Position numbers and translations under genes: made by a program
Notes under the pieces: model-generated
Told to the model about the DNA's origin: nothing
The model's input: only the letters and a program-made list of their open reading frames with translations
Databases searched by the model: none
IMG/VR virus record: IMGVR_UViG_2636415959_000001
Location: 1-33,961 of that record
Length of the DNA: 33,961 bases
Source: a virus
Taxonomy: Duplodnaviria; Heunggongvirae; Uroviricota; Caudoviricetes
Strand: one strand, 5' to 3'
Shown: one piece after another, positions 7,515-16,027 of the stretch
How positions within the stretch are numbered: position 1 is the stretch's first letter
Layout: each line of letters starts with the position of its first letter

Positions 7515-8434
7515 GCAGCAAACTACAGGGCTATGTCTGGGATGCCTGCGCTGTTTCTGGTGTCAAGGGGACGCGGCTAATGGTTATGGTACGCCTGGCT
7601 GATTATTCCAGTGATGATGGGAAAAGCTATCCTGGCATAAAAACCATTGCCCGCCAACTTGGCGCGGGGGAGAGCACCATACGAACAGCCATTGCTGAAC
7701 TTGAATCAGAGAAATGGCTTCGACGTGAGAATCGCCGGAATGGTAACCGCAATACATCAAATATGTACTTTTTGAATGTCGAAAAACTTGAAGAAATTGC
7801 ACTTCGGGAGAGATCTGCTATTCGTCTGGATCGACGCAAAAACAACCATTTTGACCCGTCAGATTCTGACGTATCGGATTCTGACAAGTCAGATTTTGAC
7901 GCGTCAGAAATGAGTGACTCAAGTGCACTTGACCCGTCAGATTCTGGCAAAAACAACCATTTTGACCCGTCAGATTCTGGGGGACATGATCCACAAGGTT
8001 TAAAACATGATCCACAAGTAAAAGATCATGAACCACAAGAAGTGCGCGCAAAGCGCCAGAAAAAATCTTCTTTCGACCCTGCATGGCTAAAACCTGAAAA
8101 CGTCAGCGCTGAAATCTGGCTGGACTGGATTAAATTTCGCCGGGAGAAGCGTCAACCGCTGACGGAAACAACCTGCGCATACCAGGCTAAGCAGCTTGCA
8201 GGCCATCAGAATGCCGATGAAGTGATCCGACGCTCAATTGCTGGAGGCTGGCAGGGATTGTTCCCGGATCGTGTGCCCAACAAGCCCGCAATGTCACTAG
8301 CTGAAAACGAAACGCTGACCGCAAGTCAACCGCCAGCTGGGTCATGGTGCACACCATCTGGAGATGGAACAGCGGAGGTATTTATCAACCAGGCCGCTAT
8401 CGAGCGCATGAAGCGCGGGAGTTATCGCCCATGA
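7511..8434 (+). CDS. Replication initiation protein (lambda O-like role) with internal iteron-encoded repeats
   Basis: 307 aa from ATG 7511; N-terminal winged-helix-like region; central low-complexity KNNHFDPSDSD repeats encoded by DNA iterons; conserved C-terminal region. Confidence 0.65.
   Translation: MSSKLQGYVWDACAVSGVKGTRLMVMVRLADYSSDDGKSYPGIKTIARQLGAGESTIRTAIAELESEKWLRRENRRNGNRNTSNMYFLNVEKLEEIALRERSAIRLDRRKNNHFDPSDSDVSDSDKSDFDASEMSDSSALDPSDSGKNNHFDPSDSGGHDPQGLKHDPQVKDHEPQEVRAKRQKKSSFDPAWLKPENVSAEIWLDWIKFRREKRQPLTETTCAYQAKQLAGHQNADEVIRRSIAGGWQGLFPDRVPNKPAMSLAENETLTASQPPAGSWCTPSGDGTAEVFINQAAIERMKRGSYRP
7836..8040. repeat. Iteron array (putative replication origin) inside the replication initiator gene
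   Basis: 33-bp direct repeat GCAAAAACAACCATTTTGACCCGTCAGATTCTG at 7836-7868 and 7947-7979; further ~15-bp GTCAGATTCTGAC-like units; CATGATCCACAAG repeats at 7985-8040. Confidence 0.65.
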
Positions 8435-8540
8435 AATCATTCCTCAAGCGTGTGCTGGTGGCTGGATATAATCACGGCGTTCTGAGCGAGGGATTCGTGA
8501 CATGGTGTTTTGTTAAATTTGATTTACGGAGTGAGTGAGC

Positions 8541-10412
8541 ATGACGCCCGCCGAACTTTCAGAAAAATTATGGGACAACGCCGAAAGGGTTGCAAAGTAC
8601 CTGCTGCCAAAAGGTCACCTGGAAGGCAAAGAATGGTGTGTTGGGAATATCAACGGTGACGCCGGAAAGAGCCTTAAAATTAACATCGGTGGCAAAAAAA
8701 CGTGGGCAGACTTCGCCAGCGGCGACAGTGGTGATCTGCTTGATTTGTGGGTGTTGGTACGCAACTGCCAGCTGCATGATGCGATGCGTGAGGCAAAAGA
8801 ATTTCTCGGTCTGAAAGACGACGATCACCATTTCGAGGCGAAGAAAAAAACATTCTCCAGGCCGACGAAGAAGGGCGTGAAAAAAGCGAGCAATTGTTAC
8901 GGTTATCTGGCTTCGCGTGGTATCACCCGAGAGACAGTGGATCTGTTCCGGGTATCTGATGCGGTGGTCTGGTATCACGATGAAAATCGCGAAGTACCCG
9001 CCGTGGCATTCCCGTACATCCGGAACGGCGAACTGCTTCAAGTAAAACGCATCGGTACTGAACGACCAAACGGCAAAAAGATAATTATGGCTGAGGCGGA
9101 TTGCGAGCCATGTCTCTTTGGTTGGCAGGCCCTGGACAAATCCACGCGTCTGGTCGTTCTGTGCGAAGGCGAGATTGATTGTATGACCTTCACGCAGCTT
9201 GGTTACGACGCACTTTCTGTTCCCTTTGGCGGCGGCAAGGGTGCCAAACAGCAGTGGATTGAATATGAGTACCACAATCTGGATCGCTTTCAGGAGATCT
9301 GGCTTTGCCTGGATAACGACGATGTCGGCCGTGAAGCTGCAAAGGAAATTGCCAGACGACTTGGCGAGCATCGCTGCCGCATGGTTGAACTCCCGCACAA
9401 GGATATCAACGATTGCCTGATGAGCGGCATGGACAGTGAGTCCATCCTGGAGCACATGGAACGCGCTAAATTTTTCGATCCAGATGAACTGTGCTCGGCA
9501 GGTGATTTACTTCAGGAAACCATTGAAGCGTTTGAGCATCGCGATGTTGGCTTGTTCACCAGCCCATGGACCTCGCTGAATTACAATTTCAAATTTCGCG
9601 CCGGAGAACTGACGCTGGTAAATGGCGTGAATGGTCACGGCAAGACCGAACTGGTTGGCCATATCGCAGTTGCTGCTATGAATCAGGGGATTCGGACGTG
9701 CATCGCCTCTCTGGAACTGAAGCCAGGGAAAATGTTGGCCCGCCTGACGCGGCAGACTATCTGTACCGCATCACCGAAACGCGAAGAAATCGTTATGACG
9801 AACGAATGGTTCTCCGATCGTCTGTGGGTGTTCAAACTCACCGGCACCGCGAAAGCTGGCCGTCTGCTGGAAATCTTCGCCTATGCCCGGCGTCGGTATG
9901 GAATCGATCTGTTCGTTATCGACAACCTGGCGAAATGCGGGCTCGATGAGGAGGACTACGGCGGACAGAAAGAATTTATCGACACCCTGTGTGACTTCAA
10001 AAACGAACATAACTGTCACGTCCTTCTGGTGACGCACGCCCGCAAAACCAACGAAGCGGCACCGACCGGGAAAATGGACGTCAAAGGCACCGGCGCATTA
10101 ACCGATATGCCTGATAACGTTATGTCCGTCTGGCGCAACATTCCCCGCGAACTGGCACAACGTAAGGCTGAAAAAATGGGATACGAAAGCCTGGATAAGG
10201 ATGAGCAGGCAGCGCTCCAGATGCCAGCTTCAATGATTCGCCTGCTCAAACAACGCGAAGGTGAGGGGTGGGTTGGTGATATTGGCGCAAATTTTGATAC
10301 CCGTTCACACCAGTTTCTGGAAGGAGAAAAACAACCATTTAACTATCTGGTCGGTAAGCCTCAGAGCGAGGTGGATCTTGAATGGGAAGCAGGCAACGTT
10401 ACGAGGTACTGA
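8541..10412 (+). CDS. Bifunctional DNA primase / DnaB-family (SF4) helicase, T7 gp4-like architecture
   Basis: N-terminal primase-like region and Toprim-like motif (..VVLCEGEIDCMTF..); C-terminal Walker A-like GVNGHGKTE and Walker B-like DLFVIDNL; ATG 8541 preferred over GTG 8535. Confidence 0.8.
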   Translation: MTPAELSEKLWDNAERVAKYLLPKGHLEGKEWCVGNINGDAGKSLKINIGGKKTWADFASGDSGDLLDLWVLVRNCQLHDAMREAKEFLGLKDDDHHFEAKKKTFSRPTKKGVKKASNCYGYLASRGITRETVDLFRVSDAVVWYHDENREVPAVAFPYIRNGELLQVKRIGTERPNGKKIIMAEADCEPCLFGWQALDKSTRLVVLCEGEIDCMTFTQLGYDALSVPFGGGKGAKQQWIEYEYHNLDRFQEIWLCLDNDDVGREAAKEIARRLGEHRCRMVELPHKDINDCLMSGMDSESILEHMERAKFFDPDELCSAGDLLQETIEAFEHRDVGLFTSPWTSLNYNFKFRAGELTLVNGVNGHGKTELVGHIAVAAMNQGIRTCIASLELKPGKMLARLTRQTICTASPKREEIVMTNEWFSDRLWVFKLTGTAKAGRLLEIFAYARRRYGIDLFVIDNLAKCGLDEEDYGGQKEFIDTLCDFKNEHNCHVLLVTHARKTNEAAPTGKMDVKGTGALTDMPDNVMSVWRNIPRELAQRKAEKMGYESLDKDEQAALQMPASMIRLLKQREGEGWVGDIGANFDTRSHQFLEGEKQPFNYLVGKPQSEVDLEWEAGNVTRY

Positions 10413-10414
10413 GC

Positions 10415-10603
10415 ATGACAAACGAAATTTTAAAAGAAGCCATTGAAAACTATCAGCACCTGAAATCGCAGGTTCGCCAGCAGGAAGAAGAAGACGATGG
10501 CATTGAGTATTTCGGTGGGGTTGATACGGATTTATTTGAACGGTTCATGTTTGCCAAAAGTCAGCTTCAGGAGCTGATTAACCCGATGATTATTTTGCGA
10601 TGA
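10415..10603 (+). CDS. Hypothetical small protein (62 aa)
   Basis: ORF from ATG 10415 directly after the primase-helicase stop. Confidence 0.4.
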   Translation: MTNEILKEAIENYQHLKSQVRQQEEEDDGIEYFGGVDTDLFERFMFAKSQLQELINPMIILR

Positions 10604-10737
10604 AGTATAAGGTGTCGCACCTTAACAACGAGATCGGGGCGCTGATACTAGAAAATATCATTCTTAAAAATGAGGTCGCCAGGTTAGGCGGCAATACTGA
10701 TTTTTTGGGTAATGTGGACGTTGAGGGGAAAGCATGA
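10600..10737 (+). CDS. Hypothetical small protein (45 aa), below ORF-track cutoff
   Basis: Hand translation MKYKVSHLNNEIGALILENIILKNEVARLGGNTDFLGNVDVEGKA; start overlaps the previous stop (ATGA) and its stop overlaps the Q start (ATGA). Confidence 0.35.
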   Translation: MKYKVSHLNNEIGALILENIILKNEVARLGGNTDFLGNVDVEGKA

Positions 10738-11357
10738 AACTGGAAGCAGCTCTTAAACATTTCAGTCCTCAGGGAATGCACATCAGCGACGACGTGAAAG
10801 GAACTTCGCCGGATCGTCTCACCGGTACAGATGTAATGGCTGCTATGGGGATGGCGCAATCACAAGCCGGATTCGGTATGGCTGCATTCTGCGGCAAGCA
10901 CGAACTCAGCCAGAATGACAAACAAAAGGCTATCAACTATCTGATGCAATTTGCACACAAGGTATCGGGGAAATACCGTGGTGTGGCAAAGCTTGAAGGA
11001 AATACTAAGGCAAAGGTACTGCAAGTGCTCGCAACATTCGCTTATGCGGATTATTGCCGTAGTGCCGCGACGCCGGGCGCAAGATGCAGAGATTGCCACG
11101 GTACAGGCCGTGCGGTTGATATATCAAAAACAGAGCTGTGGGGGAGAGTTGTTGAGAAAGAATGCGGAAGATGCAAAGGTGTCGGCTATTCAAGAATGCC
11201 AGCAAGCGCCGCATATCGCGCTGTAACGATGCTAATCCCAAACCTTACCCAACCCACCTGGTCACGCACTGTTAAGCCGCTGTATGACGCTCTGGTGGTG
11301 CAATGCCACAAAGAAGAGTCAATCGCAGACAACATATTGAATGCGGTCACACGTTAG
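10734..11357 (+). CDS. Q: Late-gene antiterminator Q (lambda Q-like)
   Basis: 207 aa; C-terminal two thirds (..GTDVMAAMGMAQSQAGFG..CRDCHGTGRAVD..CGRCKGVGY..ADNILNAVTR) matches lambda Q as I recall it; zinc-finger Cys pairs. Confidence 0.8.
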   Translation: MKLEAALKHFSPQGMHISDDVKGTSPDRLTGTDVMAAMGMAQSQAGFGMAAFCGKHELSQNDKQKAINYLMQFAHKVSGKYRGVAKLEGNTKAKVLQVLATFAYADYCRSAATPGARCRDCHGTGRAVDISKTELWGRVVEKECGRCKGVGYSRMPASAAYRAVTMLIPNLTQPTWSRTVKPLYDALVVQCHKEESIADNILNAVTR

Positions 11358-11399
11358 CTGCATGATTGCCACGGATGGCAACATATTAACGGCATGATA

Positions 11400-11428
11400 T
11401 TGACTTATTGAATAAAATTGGGTAAATT
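11400..11428 (+). promoter_or_regulatory. Late promoter PR'-like (Q-modified promoter)
   Basis: TTGACT (11400-11405), 17-bp spacer, TAAATT (11423-11428), followed by TGACTCAACGATGG; matches the lambda PR' region as I recall it. Confidence 0.6.
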
Positions 11429-11463
11429 TGACTCAACGATGGATAAATGCACTCGTTAAATAA

Positions 11464-11492
11464 AGCCCTGAGTTAATAGCTCGGGGCTTTTT
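11464..11492 (+). terminator. Intrinsic terminator shortly downstream of PR' (tR'-like)
   Basis: 9-bp stem AGCCCTGAG / CTCGGGGCT with one G-T pair, 7-nt loop, TTTTT tract. Confidence 0.55.
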
Positions 11493-11635
11493 GCGTTTTA
11501 AGCACGACCTTTCTGAAAGCACATCAAACCAAATACCAGACAGACCAAAATAATCACCTTATCCGCTGTGGCTACGGTGCGGTGTGCTTTGCATAAAAGA
11601 AAACCAGCGCAATGGCTGGCTTCGTGAAAGCGGGT

Positions 11636-11670
11636 GGCAGGAGGTCGCGCTAACAACCTCCTGCCGTTTT
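11636..11670 (+). terminator. Second intrinsic terminator in the Q-S intergenic region
   Basis: Perfect 10-bp stem GGCAGGAGGT / ACCTCCTGCC, 10-nt loop, then GTTTT. Confidence 0.6.
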
Positions 11671-11789
11671 GCCCGTGCATATCGGTCACGAACAAATCTG
11701 ATTACTAAACACAGTAGCCTGGATTTGTTCTATCAGTAATCGACCTTATTCCTAATTAAATAGAGCAAATCCCCTTATTGGGGTAAGAC

Positions 11790-12113
11790 ATGAAGATGCC
11801 TGAAAAACATGACCTGTTAGCCGCCATTCTCGCGGCAAAGGAACAAGGCATCGGGGCAATCCTTGCGTTTGCAATGGCGTACCTTCGCGGCAGATATAAT
11901 GGCGGTGCGTTTACAAAAACAGTAATCGACGCAACGATGTGCGCCATTATCGCCTGGTTCATTCGTGACCTTCTCGACTTCGCCGGACTAAGTAGCAATC
12001 TCGCTTATATAACGAGCGTGTTCATCGGCTACATCGGTACTGACTCGATTGGTTCGCTTATCAAACGCTTCGCTGCTAAAAAAGCCGGAGTAGAAGATGG
12101 TGGAAATCAATAA
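11790..12113 (+). CDS. S: Holin, lambda S family (dual-start MKM)
   Basis: 107 aa, near-identical to lambda S as recalled ([39 protein letters not shown]...); upstream leader also lambda-like. Confidence 0.9.
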   Translation: MKMPEKHDLLAAILAAKEQGIGAILAFAMAYLRGRYNGGAFTKTVIDATMCAIIAWFIRDLLDFAGLSSNLAYITSVFIGYIGTDSIGSLIKRFAAKKAGVEDGGNQ

Positions 12114-12573
12114 TCAACGTAAGGCGTTCCTCGATATGCTGGCGTGGTCAGAGGGAACAGATAACGGACGTCAGAAAACCAGAAATCATGGTTATGACGT
12201 CATTGTAGGAGGAGAGCTATTCACTGATTACTCCGATCACCCTCGCAAACTTGTCACGCTAAACCCAAAGCTCAAATCAACAGCCGCCGGACGTTACCAG
12301 CTTCTTTCACGCTGGTGGGATGCTTACCGTAAACAGCTTGGCCTGAAAGATTTTTCTCCAGAAAGCCAGGACGCTGTAGCTCTGCAGCAGATTAAAGAGC
12401 GTGGCGCTTTACCGATGATTGACCGTGGCAATATTCGTCAGGCAATCGACCGTTGCAGCAATATTTGGGCTTCATTGCCCGGTGCTGGCTACGGTCAGTA
12501 TGAACACAAGATCGATAGTCTGATTGCCAAATTCAAAGAAGCTGGCGGGGTGGTTAATGAAACTTCGCTATAA
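12097..12573 (+). CDS. R: Endolysin, lambda R-type lytic transglycosylase
   Basis: 158 aa, [49 protein letters not shown]... closely matches lambda R. Confidence 0.9.
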   Translation: MVEINNQRKAFLDMLAWSEGTDNGRQKTRNHGYDVIVGGELFTDYSDHPRKLVTLNPKLKSTAAGRYQLLSRWWDAYRKQLGLKDFSPESQDAVALQQIKERGALPMIDRGNIRQAIDRCSNIWASLPGAGYGQYEHKIDSLIAKFKEAGGVVNETSL

Positions 12574-12949
12574 GCTGGTTATTTCTGCTTTCCTCCTGAC
12601 TTTATTCGGTTCTCTCGTCTGGTCAGCTAACCACTACCACAGCAAATACCAGCGCGAAAAGAAACGTGCTGATGAGGCTGTACAAAATGCCGAATCGGCA
12701 ACCGCTATTACCAATAACGTCCTGCAATCACTGCAAATCGTCAATACAGTTCTGGAGGCTAACCAGCATGCAAAACAGCAGATCACACTGGAGTCACAGA
12801 GAACCCAGGAAGATATCAAAGTGGCTGTTGCGGATGATGATTGTGCTTCACGTCCTGTGCCTGCTGCCGCTGCTGACCGGTTGCGGAAGTACGCGAACAG
12901 TTTACGTGCCTATTCCGGCGGTACCGTTGCCAGCAAGCCTGACTACTGA
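12557..12949 (+). CDS. Rz: Spanin inner-membrane subunit (Rz-like i-spanin)
   Basis: 130 aa from ATG 12557; N-terminal TM helix (ISAFLLTLFGSLVW), coiled-coil-like remainder; position after endolysin. Confidence 0.7.
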   Translation: MKLRYKLVISAFLLTLFGSLVWSANHYHSKYQREKKRADEAVQNAESATAITNNVLQSLQIVNTVLEANQHAKQQITLESQRTQEDIKVAVADDDCASRPVPAAAADRLRKYANSLRAYSGGTVASKPDY

Positions 12950-13106
12950 AACTCCCCAGCCAGTTATTCCCGATCCTCTGACCTATGGGGCCAGCCTGGA
13001 TCTGAATGTGAGCCTGCTTTCGGCGTTGGGACAATGCAATATTGACAAAGCGGGGATTAGAAGTATCGAGATGCGCCGTAACGTTTTGCTGGCAGCAGGC
13101 AAATAG
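12834..13106 (+). CDS. Rz1: Spanin outer-membrane lipoprotein subunit (Rz1-like o-spanin), overlapping Rz in another frame
   Basis: Starts MMIVLHVLCLLPLLTGCGS (lipobox LTGC) in the +1 frame within the Rz 3' region; Pro-rich mature part. Confidence 0.6.
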   Translation: MMIVLHVLCLLPLLTGCGSTRTVYVPIPAVPLPASLTTETPQPVIPDPLTYGASLDLNVSLLSALGQCNIDKAGIRSIEMRRNVLLAAGK

Positions 13107-13132
13107 TCTGGACAAAGAACAGGAATATATTT

Positions 13133-13483
13133 ATGCCTCCTCGAACCCCAAAAGCCTGCCGCGTTCGCGGCTGCCCCCATACCACCACTGACTCGTCAGG
13201 CTATTGCGAAAGGCACAAAAGCGAAGGCTGGAAGCAATACAAGCCAGGCCAGTCCCGTCATCAGCGCGGTTATGGTTCGAAGTGGGACAGTATCCGCGCG
13301 CGCGTCCTGAAGCGTGACAAAGGTTTATGTCAGTTATGTCTGCGTGCCGGTGTGGTGCGTGAAGCTAAAACCGTTGACCACATCATCCCTAAAGCGCATG
13401 GCGGCACCGATGCAGACAGTAATCTGCAGAGCCTGTGCTGGCCGTGCCATAAGACGAAGACGGCCCGTGAACGGCTAAAGTGA
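13133..13483 (+). CDS. HNH endonuclease (terminase-associated)
   Basis: 116 aa; Cys-rich zinc motifs (CRVRGCPH..CERH; CQLC..CWPCH) and HNH core ..VDHIIPKAHGGTDADSNLQSLCWPCH..; immediately upstream of terminase genes. Confidence 0.8.
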   Translation: MPPRTPKACRVRGCPHTTTDSSGYCERHKSEGWKQYKPGQSRHQRGYGSKWDSIRARVLKRDKGLCQLCLRAGVVREAKTVDHIIPKAHGGTDADSNLQSLCWPCHKTKTARERLK

Positions 13484-13509
13484 TAATAATTCTCAACTGC
13501 TTGAGGGGA

Positions 13510-13569
13510 GGGGCGGGTCAAATCCCTGTGGCCTGACGTCTTCCGGACTGCCCGCCCCATCGTTTTTTT
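13510..13569 (+). terminator. GC-rich long hairpin with T-tract (terminator-like; possibly cos-related)
   Basis: GGGGCGGG (13510-13517) ... CCCGCCCC (13551-13558) inverted repeat followed by TTTTTTT (13563-13569), between the HNH and terminase small subunit genes. Confidence 0.4.
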
Positions 13570-13608
13570 ATACCCGCGAAAAATGAAATTTAACCAGGAG
13601 TGCCGCAT

Positions 13609-14103
13609 ATGGCTGGAACGGCGGGGCGTTCCGGGCGTCGCCCCAAGCCAACGGCGCGCAAGGCGCTGGCCGGAAACCCCGGCAAGCGAGCCCTGAACAA
13701 AGATGAACCTGTTTTTACGCCCATCAAAGGTGTTGAGCCACCAGAGTGGTTCGCTGAAGAAGATCTCCCTCTCGCCACGATCATGTGGCAACTGACAACC
13801 AAAGAACTCTGCGGTCAGGGCCTGTTGTGCGTGACTGACCTCGCGGTGCTTGAGCGGTGGTGCGTGGCCTATGAGTTCTGGCGACGTGCCGTGAAAAATA
13901 TTGCCATACAGGGCAACACCATCACCGGTGCAATGGGCGGCAGGGTCAAAAATCCGGAGCTGACCGCCAAAAAAGAACAGGAGTCCGAGATGAGCAGCAC
14001 GGGGGCAATGCTCGGACTCGACCCCAGCAGCCGCCAGCGTCTGATTGGCCTGGCGGGGCAGAAGAAAGCCACTAACCCGTTTCTGAAAATCATCGAGTCA
14101 TGA
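13609..14103 (+). CDS. Terminase small subunit (P27-family-like)
   Basis: 164 aa from ATG 13609 (RBS AGGAG 8 nt upstream); Arg/Lys-rich N-terminus; stop overlaps the terL start (ATGA). Confidence 0.75.
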   Translation: MAGTAGRSGRRPKPTARKALAGNPGKRALNKDEPVFTPIKGVEPPEWFAEEDLPLATIMWQLTTKELCGQGLLCVTDLAVLERWCVAYEFWRRAVKNIAIQGNTITGAMGGRVKNPELTAKKEQESEMSSTGAMLGLDPSSRQRLIGLAGQKKATNPFLKIIES

Positions 14104-15833
14104 GCCGGAAATCTTACCCCAACGTAAATGCTGCCAATCAGTATGCCCGTGATGTTGTGCGCGGAAAGATTGTGGCCTGCCAGTTTGTGATTCAGGCCTG
14201 CCAGCGCCATCTTGATGACCTGATGGCGGAAAAAAGTAAGTCGTTTCGTTACCGCTTCGACAAGGACCTGGCTGAACGGGCCGCGAAATTTATTCAGCTG
14301 TTGCCGCACACCAAGGGGGAGTGGGCATTCAAACGGATGCCCATCACGCTGGAGCCGTGGCAGCTATTTGTGATCTGCTGTGCGTTTGGCTGGGTCAATA
14401 AAGGCACCCGGTTGCGCCGCTTCCGGGAGGTGTACACCGAAATCCCCCGTAAGAACGGCAAATCAGCAATCTCTGCCGGTGTTGCCCTGTATTGTTTTGC
14501 CTGTGATAACGAGTTTGGCGCGGAAGTGTATTCCGGTGCCACGACAGAGAAACAGGCGTGGGAAGTCTTTCGCCCGGCACGACTGATGTGTAAACGCACA
14601 CCCATGCTGACGGAAGCGTTCGGGATTGAGGTTAACGCCTCAAACATGAACCGTCCGGAGGATGGCGCGCGGTTTGAACCGCTGATCGGCAACCCAGGTG
14701 ATGGTTCATCACCCCACTGTGCCGTGGTTGATGAATATCACGAGCATGCCACCGATGCGCTTTATACCACAATGCTTACCGGGATGGGGGCGCGACGTCA
14801 GCCACTGATGTGGGCCATCACCACCGCCGGGTACAACATTGAGGGGCCGTGCTACGACAAGCGGCGGGAAGTCATCGAGATGCTCAACGGCTCGGTGCCT
14901 AACGATGAACTGTTCGGGATCATCTATACCGTTGATGAAGGTGACGACTGGACCGACCCGCAGGTGCTGGAAAAAGCCAATCCAAATATTGGCGTGTCGG
15001 TTTATCGCGAATTTTTGTTAAGTCAGCAGCAGCGTGCGAAAAATAACGCCCGTCTGGCAAACGTCTTTAAAACAAAACACCTCAATATCTGGGTGTCGGC
15101 GCGTTCGGCGTATTTCAACCTGGTGAGCTGGCAGAGCTGCGAGGATAAATCACTGACCCTTGAGCAGTTCGAGGGGCAGCCGTGCATTCTGGCCTTTGAC
15201 CTGGCGCGTAAGCTGGATATGAACAGCATGGCGCGACTTTATACCCGCGAGATTGACGGTAAAACGCATTACTACAGTGTGGCCCCGCGTTTCTGGGTAC
15301 CGTATGACACGGTGTACAGCGTCGAGAAAAATGAAGATCGACGGACAGCCGAACGCTTTCAGAAATGGGTGGAAATGGGCGTTCTGACCGTTACCGATGG
15401 TGCGGAGGTGGATTATCGCTACATCCTCGAGGAGGCCAAAGCGGCGAACAAAATCAGCCCGGTCAGTGAGTCACCCATCGACCCCTTCGGGGCGACCGGG
15501 TTGTCACATGACCTTGCTGATGAAGACCTGAACCCCATCACTATCATTCAGAACTACACCAACATGTCCGACCCGATGAAAGAGCTGGAAGCGGCAATTG
15601 AATCGGGGCGCTTTCATCATGATGGCAATCCCATCATGACCTGGTGTATCGGCAACGTGGTCGGCAAAACCATTCCGGGTAACGATGATGTGGTGAAGCC
15701 CGTCAAAGAGCAGGCGGAAAACAAAATCGATGGTGCAGTTGCGCTGATTATGGCGGTTGGCAGAGCCATGCTGTACGAGAAAGAAGACACGCTGTCTGAC
15801 CACATTGAGTCCTATGGGATCCGCTCGCTTTAA
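14100..15833 (+). CDS. Terminase large subunit
   Basis: 577 aa; ATPase-like N-terminal half and nuclease-like C-terminal half; position between terS and portal. Confidence 0.85.
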
Positions 15834-15844
15834 CTGAGGTAATT

Positions 15845-16027
15845 ATGATCATGCTGATTCTCGCGCCTCTGGTGGGCGTGCTGGGGGCGCTTTTGCTGGC
15901 GTATGGTGCCTGGCTGATTTATCCCCCGGCGGGGTTTGTTGTTGCCGGGGCGTTGTGCCTGTTCTGGTCGTGGCTGGTGGCGCGATATCTTGACCGTACA
16001 CAGTCGTCTGTCGGCGGAGGTAAATAG
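15845..16027 (+). CDS. Small membrane protein (60 aa, two predicted TM helices)
   Basis: [45 protein letters not shown]; RBS GAGGT 4 nt upstream of ATG. Confidence 0.45.

Noticed and set aside
8568-9455. 295-aa minus-strand ORF inside the primase-helicase gene
   Set aside because: Entirely antisense to a strongly supported coding region; no RBS or recognisable motifs; typical shadow ORF.
11498-11695. 65-aa minus-strand ORF in the Q-S intergenic region
   Set aside because: Overlaps the terminator hairpin and lambda-like leader; no RBS; region is better explained as non-coding late regulatory DNA.
11358-11789. Toxin or tRNA cargo between Q and the holin (as in Stx phages)
   Set aside because: The 430-bp region holds only the promoter and two terminators; no ORF with start signals and no cloverleaf-like tRNA sequence seen.
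13330-13791. 153-aa minus-strand ORF spanning the HNH / terminase small subunit junction
   Set aside because: Antisense to two supported genes and to the GC-rich hairpin; no start context.
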